Source: Mobula hypostoma (lineage: Eukaryota). From it: DNA of 64,000 nt. The stretch lies in contig NC_086097.1 in the NCBI RefSeq assembly GCF_963921235.1, positions 162,504,001-162,568,000 of the forward strand. The letters run 5' to 3'. Shown here one piece after another: positions 11,698 to 24,656 of this stretch. The notes under the pieces were generated by a model that saw only the letters and a program-made list of their open reading frames with translations, did no database searches and was not told the DNA's origin. Within the stretch, counting starts at the first letter, position 1. Each line of letters starts with the position of its first letter. The position numbers were made by a program, and so were the translations under genes.

Positions 11698-14688
11698 ATA
11701 GAATGACATCAAGGTCCCTCTGAATTCCTATACCCATCAAGCTCTTACTGTTTGATCCTTAAATTTTTTTCACATGCATTCCATTTGCTATGCCCTTGTC
11801 CACTTAATTAACTAACTATATGCCCCTTCATATTCTATCTGAGCAAAGACTTTTCCAATTTCAAGTAGCTTTTAATTCAATTCAATTCAACCCCACCCCC
11901 ATCCACTCCCTTGTCTAATACCTTAGAACAGTAGAGTACCAGACAGACCATTTAGTCCATGATGTTGTGCCAATCTTGATGCCAATGTATACTAAATGTC
12001 TTCCTGTGTATCCTCCATATCCCTCCATTCTCTTCATTATTTATGCATCTATCTAAAAAGCTCCTTAAACTCCACCAAACTGCCTGATTCCACTGTGACT
12101 TTTGTGTGCATTGCTTATTCCAGCCATTCTCACCTTAGATGAAAGGTCATCTGGTGAATTAGTCAATAGGTTTATTATTGCCACATGTACTGAGATACAG
12201 TGAAAAATTGTTCATACAGGTCTACTTACAGATTCACAGTATCTAAAGTTTCTCACTTCATAATTGCTGCCAGGCCTACTGAGTATCTCCAGCATTTTCT
12301 GTTTTATTTTGTATTTCCAGCACATGCAGTATCTTGTTTTAGACAGAAGTCCCATGTGTCGGTAAACAGCATACCTTTAGAAGAAATGGGAAAAATACAA
12401 GAGCATGAGTAGGCCAACCAATCCTTCAACCCTATTCAATATGGCCATGATTGATCATCCAAATTTGATAGCCTGTTCCAGCTTACTTTCAATATCGCTT
12501 GATCCCTCTATCCCTTAGAAAAATATACACATCTGTGTTGAATATATTTATTGATTTGCCTTCAACTTATTTATGAGGTAGAGAATTCCCCAGGCTTGCC
12601 ACTCACTGGGATAAGATATATCAAATAGTCTTAAATAGCTTACCCATATTCCTTAGACCAAGACCCCAGTCCTGGACTCCCTGGTATTCAGAAACATCCT
12701 TCCTGATTCTAATTTGTTCAGTCCTTTTAAAATGTAAAAGAACCCCATTCAATCTTCTAAACCTGAGTGAATGTAATCCTATTTGAACCAATTTAAAATG
12801 TGGCAATATATAGAAGTAGAATCAGCCTTTTGAACCTCAGATCAATAGAACTTAAACTTTACTAATTTGGATAGGTAACTTGTGAACACAAGGGGATAAA
12901 ATCTGTACTACATATTAGATAGAAGGGGTTTTACACATTGAGTATTCCCAATGCTTTGGCTTAAACATATCAATAAGTTCAGCTGAATATGGAGAGCAAA
13001 ATTGACATGTTCCAACATGTTAATTTATCAGTTCTGTGTATGGTCTTTATTTATATTCCAAGTACAATACACATTTGGACTCTAATTCCATTCCACTTAG
13101 CTAGTTGTACGTAAATTTGCTGCCGGGAGGAAGGGAATTGTCAATATTTCAGGTCAAGCCCCTGCACTAGGATTGATTGCTGCTCCAAATTCCAGCATCT
13201 GCAGTTTCTTGTATCTCTCAGGCACAGGCACTGTTCATCAGGTAAGGATGACAGATTTCATAGAAAATAAAATATGCAACATCACAGCACAGAGCAGGAC
13301 CTTATGCCTGTGATTGTGTGCTGACCTTTTAAACTACTCTAAGATCAATCCAACCCTTTCCTCCAACATAGCCCTCTATTTTTCTATCATCCATGTGAAT
13401 ACATAAGAGTCTCTTAAATGTCCCTACTGTATCTGCCTCTATCACCACCCACAGCAGTGCATTGCACACACCCACCACTCCCTGGCAAAAACTTACAGTA
13501 CCTCTGACATCACCCTTATACTTCCCTCCAATCACCTTAAAATTATGTTCCCCACCAACCGCCCCATACTAGCCATTTCTACCCGAGAAAAATGTGTCTG
13601 GCTGTCCACTCAATCTATATCTCTTACCTTGTACTATTAAGTCACTTCTTATTTTCCTTCTGTACTATCTCTAAGGCTTCCACATCCTTTAAATAATGAG
13701 GTAACCAGAACTGAACACAATACTCGAAGTATTGGAGAAGTAAATATTTCATGTATTGAAGTTAGATGATTGGGAAGTTCTTGAAAACCAACAGAAGGCC
13801 ATAGGGAGAGAAGAAATGAGATATGAAGATAAGCTAGCCAATCATATAAAAGAGGATACAATATTTTTTTCAGATGTATAAAGAATCCAATTGAGGCAAG
13901 AGTGAATATCAGACTGCTGAGAAAATATGCTGGAGAGGTATTAATGGGGGACAAAGAAATGGTGGACAAACTTAATAAGTACTTGTCTCAGTCTTCACCG
14001 TGGAAGTATGCCAAAAATTCAAGAGTGTCAGAGGGAAGAAGTGAGTGTAGTTGCTATTACCAAGGAGAGGTGCTTGAGAAGCTGAAAGGTCTGAAGGAAG
14101 ATAGGTCACCTAGACCAGATGGACTACCCCAGGGTTCTGAAAGAGGTGGCTGATTGTGGAGGAATAAGTCATGATCTTTCAAGAATCACTAGACTCTGGA
14201 ATGGTTCTGGAGGAATGGAAAATTTGCAAATGTCACTCCATTCTTTAGAAAGAGATGGAGGCAGAAAAAGAGGAAATCATAGGTCAGTTAGCTTGACTTT
14301 AGTGATTGGCAAGATGCTGGCATCCATCATTAAGGATGAGGTTTCAGGGTACTTGGAGGTGCATGATAAAATAGGCCAAAGTCAGCATGGTTTCCTTAAG
14401 GGGAAATCTTGCCTGATAAACCTGTTGGAATTCTTTAAGGAAATAACAGACAAGATAAACAAAGGAGAGTCAGTGGACATTGTTTATTGGATTTTCAGAA
14501 GATCTTTGACAATGTGCCACACATGAAGCTGCTTAATAAGATAAGAGCCCATGATATTACAGGAAAGATACTAGCATAGGTAGAAGACTGGCTGACTGGC
14601 AGAAGGCAAGGAGTGGGAAGAAAGGCCCAGGGATCAGTGTTGGATCCTCTTTTTCACATTATATTTTAATGATTTGGATGATGGAATT

Positions 14689-15156
14689 TAAAAACGCAAA
14701 CACGAGGAATTCTGCAGATGTTGGAAATTCAAGTAACACACATCAAATTTGCTGCTGAACGCAGCAGGCCAGGCAGCATCTCTAGGAAGAGGTACAGTCG
14801 ACGTTTCAGGCCGAGACCCTTCATCAGGACTAACTGAAGGAAGAGCTAGTAAGACATTTGAAAGTGGGAGGGAGAGGGGGAGATCCAAAATGATAGGAGA
14901 AGACAGGAGGGGGAGGGATGGAGCCAAGAGCGGGACAGGTGATTGGCAAAAAGGATATGAGAGGATCATGGGACAGGAGGCCCAGGGAGAAGGATGGAGG
15001 GGGGGAACCAAGAGGATGGGCAAGGGGTATAGTCAGAGGGACAGAGGGAGAAAAAGGGGAGTGGGAGAAAGAATGGTCTCGACCTGAAACGTCGACTGTA
15101 CCTCTTCCTAGAGATGCTGCACAGCCTGCTGCGTTCATCAGCAAATTTGATGTGTG
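14689..15156 (-). mobile_element. Penelope-like element 3' fragment (pLTR) with inverted terminal segment
   Basis: Homologous to the 3' end of the GIY-YIG element at 17865-18283. 84-bp inverted arms at 14735-14818 and 15075-15158. 15-bp TSD ttggatgatggaatt at 14674-14688 and 15157-15171. Confidence 0.9.
14795..14831 (-). ncRNA. Minimal type I hammerhead ribozyme motif (Penelope-associated)
   Basis: RNA AGUC-CUGAUGA-AGGGUCUCGGCCU-GAAA-C-GUC^GACUG: intact core, helix I AGUC/GACU, loopless palindromic helix III (ACGU). Confidence 0.75.
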
Positions 15157-15584
15157 TTGGATGATGGAATTGATGGTTTTGTGGTTAAAATTGCCAACAA
15201 TATGAAGATAGTTGGAGGAACAAGTGGTGTTGCGGAAGCAGGGATTCTGCAGAAGAAGTTAGATTATGAGAATGGGCAAGGAAGTGGCAGATGGAATCTA
15301 GTGCAGGGAATTGCACGGTCATGCACTTTGGTAGAAGGGTTATTTTCTGAATGAGGAGAAAATTCAAAAATCAGAGGTGCAAAGGGACTTGGGACTCCTC
15401 ATGCAGATTTCCTAAAGATTAATTTTCAGGTTGAGTCAGTGTAAGGAAGACAATTACATGTAAACATTCATTTCAAGGGGAACAGAATACAAAGGCAAGG
15501 ATATAATGCTGAGGTTTTATAAGGCATTAGTCGGGCTGCACTTGGATTATTGTGAGCAGTTTTGGGCCCCTTATCTAGAAAAGA

Positions 15585-16275
15585 TTAGATTAGATTATGA
15601 GGACACTCAGTCCTTGTTTATTGTCATTTAGAAATGCATGCATTAAAAAATGATACAATGTTCCTCCAGAATGATATCACAAGAAAACACAGGACAAACC
15701 AAGACTAAAACTGACAAAACCACATAATTATAACATATAGTTACAACAGTGCAAAGCAATACCATAATTTGCTAAAGAACAGACCATGGACATGGTAAAA
15801 AAAAGTCTCAAAGTCCCGATAGACTCATCATCTCACGCAGGCGGCAGAAGGGAGGAACTCTCCCTGCCGTGAACCTCCAAGTGCAGCCAACTTGCCGATG
15901 CAGTACCATAGGAAGCACCCGACTGCAGCGGACTCTGAGTCCATCCGAAAACTTCGAGCCTCCAACCAGCCCCTCTGACACAGCCTCTCCGAGCACCATC
16001 CTCCGCCGAGCGCCTGCCGAGCGCTTTGACCCCGCCCCGGCCGCCAAGCAACCAGCAAAGCCGAGGACTCAGGGCCTTCTCCTCTGGAGATTCTGGACCA
16101 CACAATAGCATCAGCAGTGAACAGGCATTTCAGAAGTTTCACCAGATGTTCCTCCGTGCTCTCAGGTCCGTCTCCATCAAATCAGGATTGTGCACGGCAC
16201 CCTATTTGACAAATAACAGACATCACCACCGGAGTGGCGGCTGTGAGCTGTGTCGCACCACCATCTTCTCCTCCT
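15585..16275 (-). mobile_element. ~690-bp non-autonomous retroelement with (TCTAA)n tail, copy 1
   Basis: End-to-end similar to 21805-22487 and inserted in the CR1 RT. On the - strand it starts GGAGGAGAAGATGG and ends in TCTAA repeats. Confidence 0.8.
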
Positions 16276-17537
16276 GATTAAGATGTGATGGCATTGGAGG
16301 AGGTTTACAAGAATTATTCCAGAAATGAAAGGGTTAACATATGAGGCGTGTTCAATAGCTTTGGTCTAGTGCTTGCTGGAGTTTAGGAAATAATGAGGGA
16401 TCTCATTGAAACCTATTGAATATTGAAGGATTTAGATAGAATGGATGGAGAGAGAGGATATTTCCTAGAGTGGGGGAGTTTAGGACCAGAGGGCACAGAC
16501 TTCGAATTGAGGGATGTCCATTTAGAACAGATATGGTGAGGAATTTCTTTAGTCAGAGGGAGGCGAATCTGTGAAATTCATTGCAACATTCATCATTGGG
16601 TATATTTAAAGCGGAGGTTTAGAAGTTAGGAGGTTTAGTTTAGGCAGGGCTTGAATGGTTACACAGAGAAGTCAGGATAATGGGGTTGATAGCGATAATA
16701 AATCGGCTATCATGGTGTTGCAGAGCAGATTTGATGGGCCGAATGGCCTATTTCTGCTCCTGTCTTATCGTTTTTAGTTCTAAGTCTAACAGGAATTTTA
16801 TAGAGCTACACCATTACCTCATGGCTCTTGAACTCAATCACCTAACTGATGAAGGCCATCACACCAAACTCCTTCACAACAAACCCATCAACCTGAAAGC
16901 AACACACATCAAAGTTGCTGGTGAATGCAGCAGGCCAGGCAGCATCTCTAGGAAGAGGTACAGTCGACGTTTCGGGCCGAGACCCTTTGTCAGGACTAAC
17001 TGAAGGAAGAGCTAGTAAGAGATTTGAAAGTGGGAGGGGGAGAGGGAGATCCAAAATGATAGGAGAAGACAGGAGGGGGAGGGATGGAGCCAAGTGCTCT
17101 CAGGATGAGGCTTTTCATTCCAGGATGAAGGAGATGTCCTCCTTTTTTAAAGAAAGGGGCTTCCCTTCCTCCACTATCAACTTTGCTCTCAAACGCATCT
17201 TCCCCATTTCACGCACATTTGCTCTCACTCCATCCTCCCGCCACCCCACTACGAATAGGGTTCCCTGGTCCTCACCTACCACCCCACCAGCCTCCGGATC
17301 CAACATATTATTCTCCGTAACTTCTGCCACCTCCAACGGGATCCCACCACGAAGCACATCTTTCCTTCCCCCCCCCCCGCTTTCCGCAGGGATCGCTCCC
17401 TACGCAACTCCCTTGTCCATTTGTTCCCCCCCCATCCCTCCCCACTGATCTCCCTCCTGGCACTTATCCTTGTAAGCGGAACATGCCCTTACACTTCCTC
17501 CCTTACCACCATTCAGGGCCCCAGACAGTCCTTCTAG

Positions 17538-17864
17538 GTGAGGCAACACTTCACCTGTGAGTCGGCTGGGGTGATATACTGCGTCCGGTGCTCCCAATGT
17601 GGCCTTCTATATATTGGCGAGACCCGACACAGACTGGGAGATCATTTCGCTGAACACCTATGCTCTGTCCGCCAGAGAAAGCAGGATCTCCCAGTGGCCA
17701 CACATTTTAATTCCACGTCCCATTCCCATTCTGATATGTCTATCCACGGCCTCCTCTACTGTAAAGATGAAGCCACACTCAGGTTGGAGGAACAACACCT
17801 TATATTCCGTCTGGGTAGCCTCCAACCTGATGGCATGAACATTGACTTCTCAAATTTCTGCTAA
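17538..17864 (+). pseudogene. Penelope GIY-YIG endonuclease domain (C-terminus of a truncated RT-EN ORF)
   Basis: FTCESAGVIYCVRCSQCGLLYIGET...EH...HF...LEEQHLIFRLGSLQPDGMN; the upstream linker is frameshifted. Confidence 0.9.
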
Positions 17865-18141
17865 TGCCCCACCTCCCCCTGTACACCATCCGTTATTTAT
17901 TTATATACACACATTCTTTTTCTCTCTTTTCCTTTTCTCCCTCTGTCCCCCTCACTGTACCCCTTGCCCATCCTTTGGTTCCACCCCCCCCTTTCTTTCT
18001 CCCTTGGCCTCCTGTCCCATGATCCTCTCATATCCCTTTTGCCAATCACCTGTCCAGCTCTTGGCTCCATCCCTCCTCCTCCTGTCTTCTCCTATCATTT
18101 TGGATCTCCCCCTCCCCCTCCCACTTTCAAATCTCTACTTT

Positions 18142-18183
18142 CAGTTGGTCCTGATGAAGGGTTTCGGCCTGAAACGTCAACTG
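18142..18183 (+). ncRNA. Minimal hammerhead ribozyme motif in Penelope pLTR
   Basis: CAGUUGGUC-CUGAUGA-AGGGUUUCGGCCU-GAAA-C-GUC^AACUG; core intact, first helix I pair mismatched. Confidence 0.65.
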
Positions 18184-20759
18184 TACCTCTTCCTAGAGAT
18201 GCTGCCTGGCCTGCTGCGTTCACCAGCAACTTTTACGTGTGTTGCTTGAAATTCCAGCATCTGCAGATTTCCTCGTGTTTGCGCCATCAACTTGTAAGGC
18301 AACTTTGAGGTATCTGTGGTCATGAACCTCAATATCCCTCTGTTCCTCCACACTACTAAGAATCCTGCCATTAATGCTATATTCAGCCTTTAAATTCCCT
18401 TCCTGGTATAAGATTTTACAACAATCATTGGTTGCATGATTCTCAATAGCAGTTATTTTTAAAATCTTTAATTTATTCATACCCCAGTTGCTGTTTTGGG
18501 AGTTGTACTTACGTCTTCAGATCATCAGTCCAGACTTCTGGACTGCTAGTCCCATTTGACAGAAGTTAGATAGCCCATCAGTCGCCATCATATTTCTCAA
18601 TGGCCCATGAACCCATGAACACTACCTCAATATTCCTCCTCTGTACAATATGTTTAATTTATTTCTTATTCTAACTTACAGTATTGTTTTTATGTATTGC
18701 ACTATATTATTGCTGCAAAACAAGTTTCACGACAAATGCCAATGATAATAAAACTGATTCTGATTCTAAGAGCAAGATCCTTTAACTAAAGCCCAAGCAG
18801 GCCTCTCTTTCAGTCCTTCAGCCAACACCATTCAAAAGCCTCGTGGGCATGGTAGAAGTTTCTTACAGATCTCATCAGTGGAGCATTCTGCAGTGATTGG
18901 TATCATTACCGAGACCTCATGGTTTCTGTGTCCTTATTGAAAACCTGTAATTGGCATGATAAATTGTTTTGCAGAGTTCTTTAAAACAATGCATCACAGG
19001 ATAGAATTTCTAGGCCTTAATTCTTACATCCTTTTCACGAGAGAGCCTCCCTTCGTCTCTTGATTGATCAGAATCCTGCCAGATCACCAGTGCGGTGAGG
19101 GTTGGAAGCTCCAATGATCTCACCCTATCCCTGACTGCATGGATCACTGCACAGGTTAACTATGTCACTGTTTTCAGTTAACCATTTTCATTTTTGCTTC
19201 TGTTATTTGACGCAAGAAGACATCATAAATTGGAAACCTGCTCTTCATCATAATGGCCAGCGAAAAGTTAAAACCTTTATCAAAAAAAAAGTGGAAAAGG
19301 GAATGTCTGTATTAACCGTTGTAATTTCCAGGCAGCTGACACAGTTGGAGCACAGCACTCTGTAAGATATGTTTCCCACTGTAGCAATTACCACACAGAA
19401 AAGAGAGAAGTGTTAACATTTTCCAGAAGGTGCTGGAATGCAAGGTCAAATTTCTTTCTGCACAACTTGCCCCTGAAATGGCAAATTTAAAATATTATTG
19501 TTTTGATTTAAGTCTTTGGAGAGTTTTTAATGATCTATCATCCCTAGTTGTTTCAAGCTGTCATTGCCAGAGCCATAAAGCACAATAAATAAATGACCAG
19601 AAAGTATGTAGTTTGGGAAATGTTCCTTCCAAGAATTTATATCAAACCGTCAGTCTAATGGATCACAGAAATGTAGAAAAACTGGTCGATCTTACGTGCA
19701 AGTTAATGGTTAGACGTAGAAGCAAACAAGATCTTTGCAAATTAGTGTATTTTTCACCACATGTGGAATTAGTTATGAAAGAAATGGAAGAAGAAAAATG
19801 CTTTGTAATTACATTAGAATGATCTGGATTGGAGATAGGAATGTGTTCAAAAATTGAGAACAGTGTATCAGACCACCGGACAATTTCCAAAGTGCATTCA
19901 CTTGCAAAGCTTTGAGAATTTATAGTTGCTGAGCTGGAACAGTCTACCATTTTGTATTAAAGGTACAATGTCTTGATGTGAAAGAATCAAGCAACACTCT
20001 GGCATGATCTTTGTAGGTTAACCAAACTCTGTTCCACAGCCACCAACCCCACTTCTTTGCAACAATTCAAGGCATTAAAAGAATGGTCACAACCTTTTGT
20101 GTGATTTTAGACACTGAGATAAATGTCCATCCATAACATCATGAAGACCTTTTTTTTCTTTCTCTCATTTACACTTATGCTTCAACCCTTTACTGCCGAA
20201 ACCCTCATCTGTGGTTTTGCTATTTTAAGCTTATCTTTACCAATTATTAATGGCTGGCTCCCTATGATCTACTGTCCACAGTCAACCAAAGCTGACATTC
20301 AGATTGAGTGTCTATGGCCAGGTGCTTGCTGATCTGAATTGACCTTTGCATTGGTAAAACTTCAATCTCACAATGTTCATCCATGCTTCAAATTCTTCTC
20401 TGGCCTCGACCTCTCAATGTATGTGATAATCTACAGTCCTTACCCTGCTAGCTGTATACTTTTCTCTAATTCTGGGCTCTGTCTCCTGTGCCCTTAAATA
20501 CCAGGTGCTAGGTTCTGCAATTCCCTTCCTCAGCTTGTCCATCCTTTTACATCCTTTTCCACATGTTCCCTAAAACCCACCCCTTTGCCTTACTCACCTT
20601 CCCGTAAAGTGTGTTTGATAGCTCCCCATGAATACATTCCACTACATTAAAGATATTAAATGAACACAGATTGCTGTGAGTGAAATCACAACATGGAATA
20701 TCAGAGCACAGACAGCAATTACATATTACATCAGAGGATTCCGCGGATAGTCTAAAGCA

Positions 20760-21350
20760 ATGTGGCTCATCCCCTTTGGCTCTCACCAATTTTTATAAAT
20801 GGACCATAGAAAATATCCTGTCTGGATGTAAAACAGCTTGGTATGGCAACTGCTCTGCCTGGGACTGCAAAGAACTGCTGAGAATTGTAGATACAGCTGA
20901 GCATACAACAGAAACTAGCCTCCCTCCCACAGACTCTGTCTACACCTTATTACCTCAGCAAAGCAGCTAACATAATTAAAGGCCTCAGCATCGCAGACAT
21001 TCTCTATTCTGCCCCGCCCCCACCACTGAGCAAAAAAAAACAGATACCTGAAAGCAGGTGCTGTCTGGTTCAAGGACAGGTTCTATCCTGCTGTTATAAA
21101 ACTATTGAATGCCGCCACCCCCCCACCCCCAGTATGATAAGATGGACTCTTGGCCTCACAATCTACTTTGTTATGCTCTTGTACCTTATTGTCTTCCTGC
21201 ACTACATTTACTTTGTAACTGCAACATTTCATTCTGCTTGTTGTTTTTGCTTTCCCTTGTACAACTTTAGTGCTCTACTGTAATGAAATAATCTGTATGG
21301 ATGGTATGTAAAACAACATTTTGCAGTGCACACATAACCATAATAAACAA
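20760..21350 (+). mobile_element. Rex/Babar-like LINE 3' fragment
   Basis: LTNFYKWTIENILSGCKTAWYGNCS matches the ORF2 C-terminal FYRCTIESIL...WYGN motif. Confidence 0.75.
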
Positions 21351-21804
21351 ATTTACGATTTAAGGAAGCTATTTGGCCCATTGAGTCTCTTGCCTCGCAG
21401 TTCAATCACATTTATTCCCTTACCTCTTTCCTTATTTCCCTGTATCCCTGAAACTTTTTCACTTTACATATCCACCAACGTCCCTTAGAATCTTTGCCAC
21501 TTTTCTATATAAAGGGTAATTTACAGTAGTCATTTAAACTTTTGAATAGAGGCAATAATTGGAACAGCTAGCAGAAACCCAAGCAGTATAAACTCAAGCA
21601 GCAGGACCCATGGTTAGAACCTAACCAAGATCCTTGGGCTGTTTGGCAGTAACACTATCTGATACACCATTGTTACTCCAGGTCAGTCCACTGCATTTGA
21701 AACAGTTATTACGTAGAACCCTTTGTATATCACCAAATTCCTGTTCATGTTTTAGCTTGTCAAGCTTTTATCCAGGTTTGGAAGTTAATCCCAACAAGTA
21801 TGTT

Positions 21805-22487
21805 AGATTAGATTAGATTAGATTATGAGGACACTCAGTCCTCATTTATTTGTCACTTAGAAATGCATGCAGGCATTAAGAAATGATACAATGTTCCTCC
21901 AGAGTGATATCACAAAAAAAACCAAGACAAACCAAAGACTAACACTGACAAGACCACATAATTATAACATATAGTTACAGCAGTGCAAAACAATACCATA
22001 ATTTGATAAAGAGCAGACCATGGGAACGGTAAAAAAAAGTCTCAAAGTTCCGATCGACTCCCGATGGTCCCCGATAGCAGGGGGCAGAAAGGAGAAACTC
22101 TCTCTGCCATAAACCACCAGGCACCAACAGCTGTCGATGCATTGGAAGCACCCGATCACAGCCAACTCTGAGTCCATCAAAAAACTTCGAGCCTCTGACC
22201 AGCCCTTCGACACCAAGCACCATCTCTGCCGAGTGCGTTGACCCCATCCTGGCAGCCGAGCAACAAGCAAAGCTGAGGATTCGGGGCCTTCCCCTCTGGA
22301 GATTCTGGATCACAGTAACAGCGGCAGCAAAAAATGCATTTCAGAAGTTTCTCCAGATGTTCCTCCATTCTCTAACGTCTGTCTCCATCAAATCAGGATT
22401 GTGCACGGCACTCTACTTGACAGATTACAGATATCATTCACCGGAGTGGCCGCACAAACTGCGTCGTGCCGCCATCTTCTCCTCCTC
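21805..22487 (-). mobile_element. ~690-bp non-autonomous retroelement with (TCTAA)n tail, copy 2
   Basis: Colinear with 15585-16275; begins ttagattagattagattatgaggacactcagtcc on +. Confidence 0.8.
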
Positions 22488-22489
22488 AT

Positions 22490-23150
22490 CATTATATTGT
22501 TATGTGGTGCATTTTGGGAGGTCTAATAAGGATAGGACAGACAACATGAGTGGTAGGGCCATAGTTCAATAGAGGGAATTTAGTAGACAACTCAATAGAT
22601 CATTAAAGGTGGTCATCTGATAAGGTGGTAAAGAAGGCATTTGGGATGCTGGCCTTCAACAGCAGGGCATAGAAAATAAGAGAATGGAGATCCAACTTAT
22701 AAAACTTTTGTTGGCCACAACCAATGCATTCCTAGTTATCACACCATAGGAAGAACACTATGTCACTAGAGAAGGTTCAGAAGAGATTCACCCGGAACTT
22801 GCCAGGGATGGAATGCTTCTGTTCTGTGGAATGATTCAATAGGCAGGGGTTGTTTTCCTTGGTAAAGAAGAGACTTAGGGAAGACTTGACAAAGGTGCAC
22901 AAAATTGTGAAGGACAGAGATAGAAAGGATATTTCACCTCAATGGAGACATCTAAAACCAGAAGGCAGAGGTTTCAGGTGAGGTGGAGGCAGATACTCTC
23001 ACAACATTTAAAAACTATGGATGAGAGCACTTCAATCGCCAAGGCATATGTACGAAGTGCTGGTAAGTGGAAGTGGGAAATTATGGATGGGTACCTGTTG
23101 GGTAGCATAAACATGGTGAGCCTAAGGGTTTGTTTCTGTGCAGGCTAGGT
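22490..23150 (+). mobile_element. Degenerate CR1 3' fragment
   Basis: Decayed VVKKAFGMLAF and LEKVQKRFTR motifs. Confidence 0.7.
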
Positions 23151-23239
23151 CAATGATTCTTTTAACATTTAATATAATGCTGTATTCACCAGTTAGGAGT
23201 AGTAACTCAGTGGCCTCTTTTGACATAGAGAACCCTGGA

Positions 23240-23816
23240 ACATCAGGACAGCAAAGAGACATACATCAAGATGCTCTTTATTAATTACAGCTCACCATTC
23301 AAGACTATTGTCTCCTCAAAACTAATCAAGATCTTGGCCTCAATATGTCCTTGTGCAATTGGATCCTTGATTTCCTCACCTGTGTATCCGAGTCAGTTCG
23401 GATTGGCAACGACATCCACAATCTCCATCAGCACAGGTGCACCACAAGGTTGTGTGCTTAGCCATCTACCCTACTTACTATATACTTAAGACTGTGAGGC
23501 TAAGCACAGCTCTAATGCCACATTTAAGTTTGTTGTTTAATGAGGGTTGTTCATCCCTGATGCTCTCTTTATAACCTTGTTAAGTTTATTTGACTTGCTC
23601 AGGGGTTCAGTGTTACTTGTATTATTTAAGCGGATGCTCTATTAGCACTATCATGGGGTCCTAGTTTTGAAAATGCTGCGTATTGCGGCATCACTCCTCT
23701 GAGCCACCGGTGTTCTGTTGGAGTTGTTATGAATAAACCCTGGTTGCTATCTCCACATGGGAGTCTGTCCATCCTCTGCACTTTGGTCCTGTCAATAACT
23801 TTACTTTGAACTTTGA
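23240..23816 (+). mobile_element. Internally deleted Rex/Babar-like LINE (RT fragment plus tail)
   Basis: [13 protein letters not shown] and [12 protein letters not shown]; ends ctttgaactttgaa. Confidence 0.7.
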
Positions 23817-24332
23817 AAGAATGTTCTTTTTTTCCTTCCTTTGGTCTGTTGGTGATTATTAACATATGATTAACATAGAACTTCCAGGGAGTTGTGAACT
23901 GTCTGCACTCAGTTGTCCATTAGCTGTTTCCAAAGGCAACTTGGACACGGCAGCTGGCTGTGATTTGACCAGTGAGCATAGAACTGACTGTTTATCCCAC
24001 AGAAGTGTTGTTCCCAGGCTGAACTGGTTATTGAAGATGCCAAACAGCTTGAACATTTGGAATTGCTTCTGGCAAACATTAATGTTCCATTAGAAATGAG
24101 ATAGATCATTGAAAACCAAAATCAATTAAAACTATTAATGCTGGGGATCTGAAATAAAAGCAGAAGATGAACTCAGCAGGTCAGACAGCATCTGTAGAAA
24201 GAAAAACAGACTTCTTGTTTCAGGTCAAGGATTCCTATCAGGAGACTTTCTGATGTTTATTCATACTATTGACTGCAGGATGTTGGTGTTCCACAGATGA
24301 ATTTTCTAGGAGCCTGGAATTCTGATGATTAT

Positions 24333-24625
24333 TGTTATGCTGAATCCAAAATGTGAGTCTAACTTTTCTTGCACCTAAGCAAAGTGCACAAGTTCACACA
24401 GTGGTATGAAGACATGGGCCATTTACATACTTTTACATATAATCCACAATGCATTATATAAGGTACAAAGAATCAAAGAATGCTTAATCAAACAAATATA
24501 TTTACAATATTACTCAAATATTACTGAAATATTAAATACACCACGCTCCTCCCTACTTTGCTATAAACTCCAACTTAATATAGAATGCACCTCAACTCTA
24601 ATATGTAACGTATTGCTCTCTAGTC

Positions 24626-24656
<31 letters not shown>

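Larger units (their letters stand above)
13740..16770 (+). mobile_element. CR1 LINE (ORF2 RT to 3' tail), degenerate, with two nested insertions
   Basis: GNHRSVSLTLVIGKMLASII, SQHGFLKGKSCLINLLEFF and NDLDDGIDGFVVKIANN (decayed FADD); CR1 3' tail ...gatgggccgaatggcctatttctgctcct. Confidence 0.9.
16893..18283 (+). mobile_element. 5'-truncated Penelope-like element (possibly Neptune clade) with inverted partial pLTR
   Basis: GIY-YIG endonuclease ORF at 17538-17864. Inverted arms at 16897-17094 and 18060-18247. TSD-like ccatcaac at 16885-16892 and 18284-18291. Inserted in a minus-strand CR1 fragment. Confidence 0.9.

Noticed and set aside
14688..15205. Overlapping 95-112 aa ORFs on both strands
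   Set aside because: They arise from the purine/pyrimidine-skewed Penelope pLTR and its inverted repeat.
15808..16277. Cluster of GC-rich ORFs
   Set aside because: They lie in a repeat, and the frames are not preserved in the second copy at 21805-22487.
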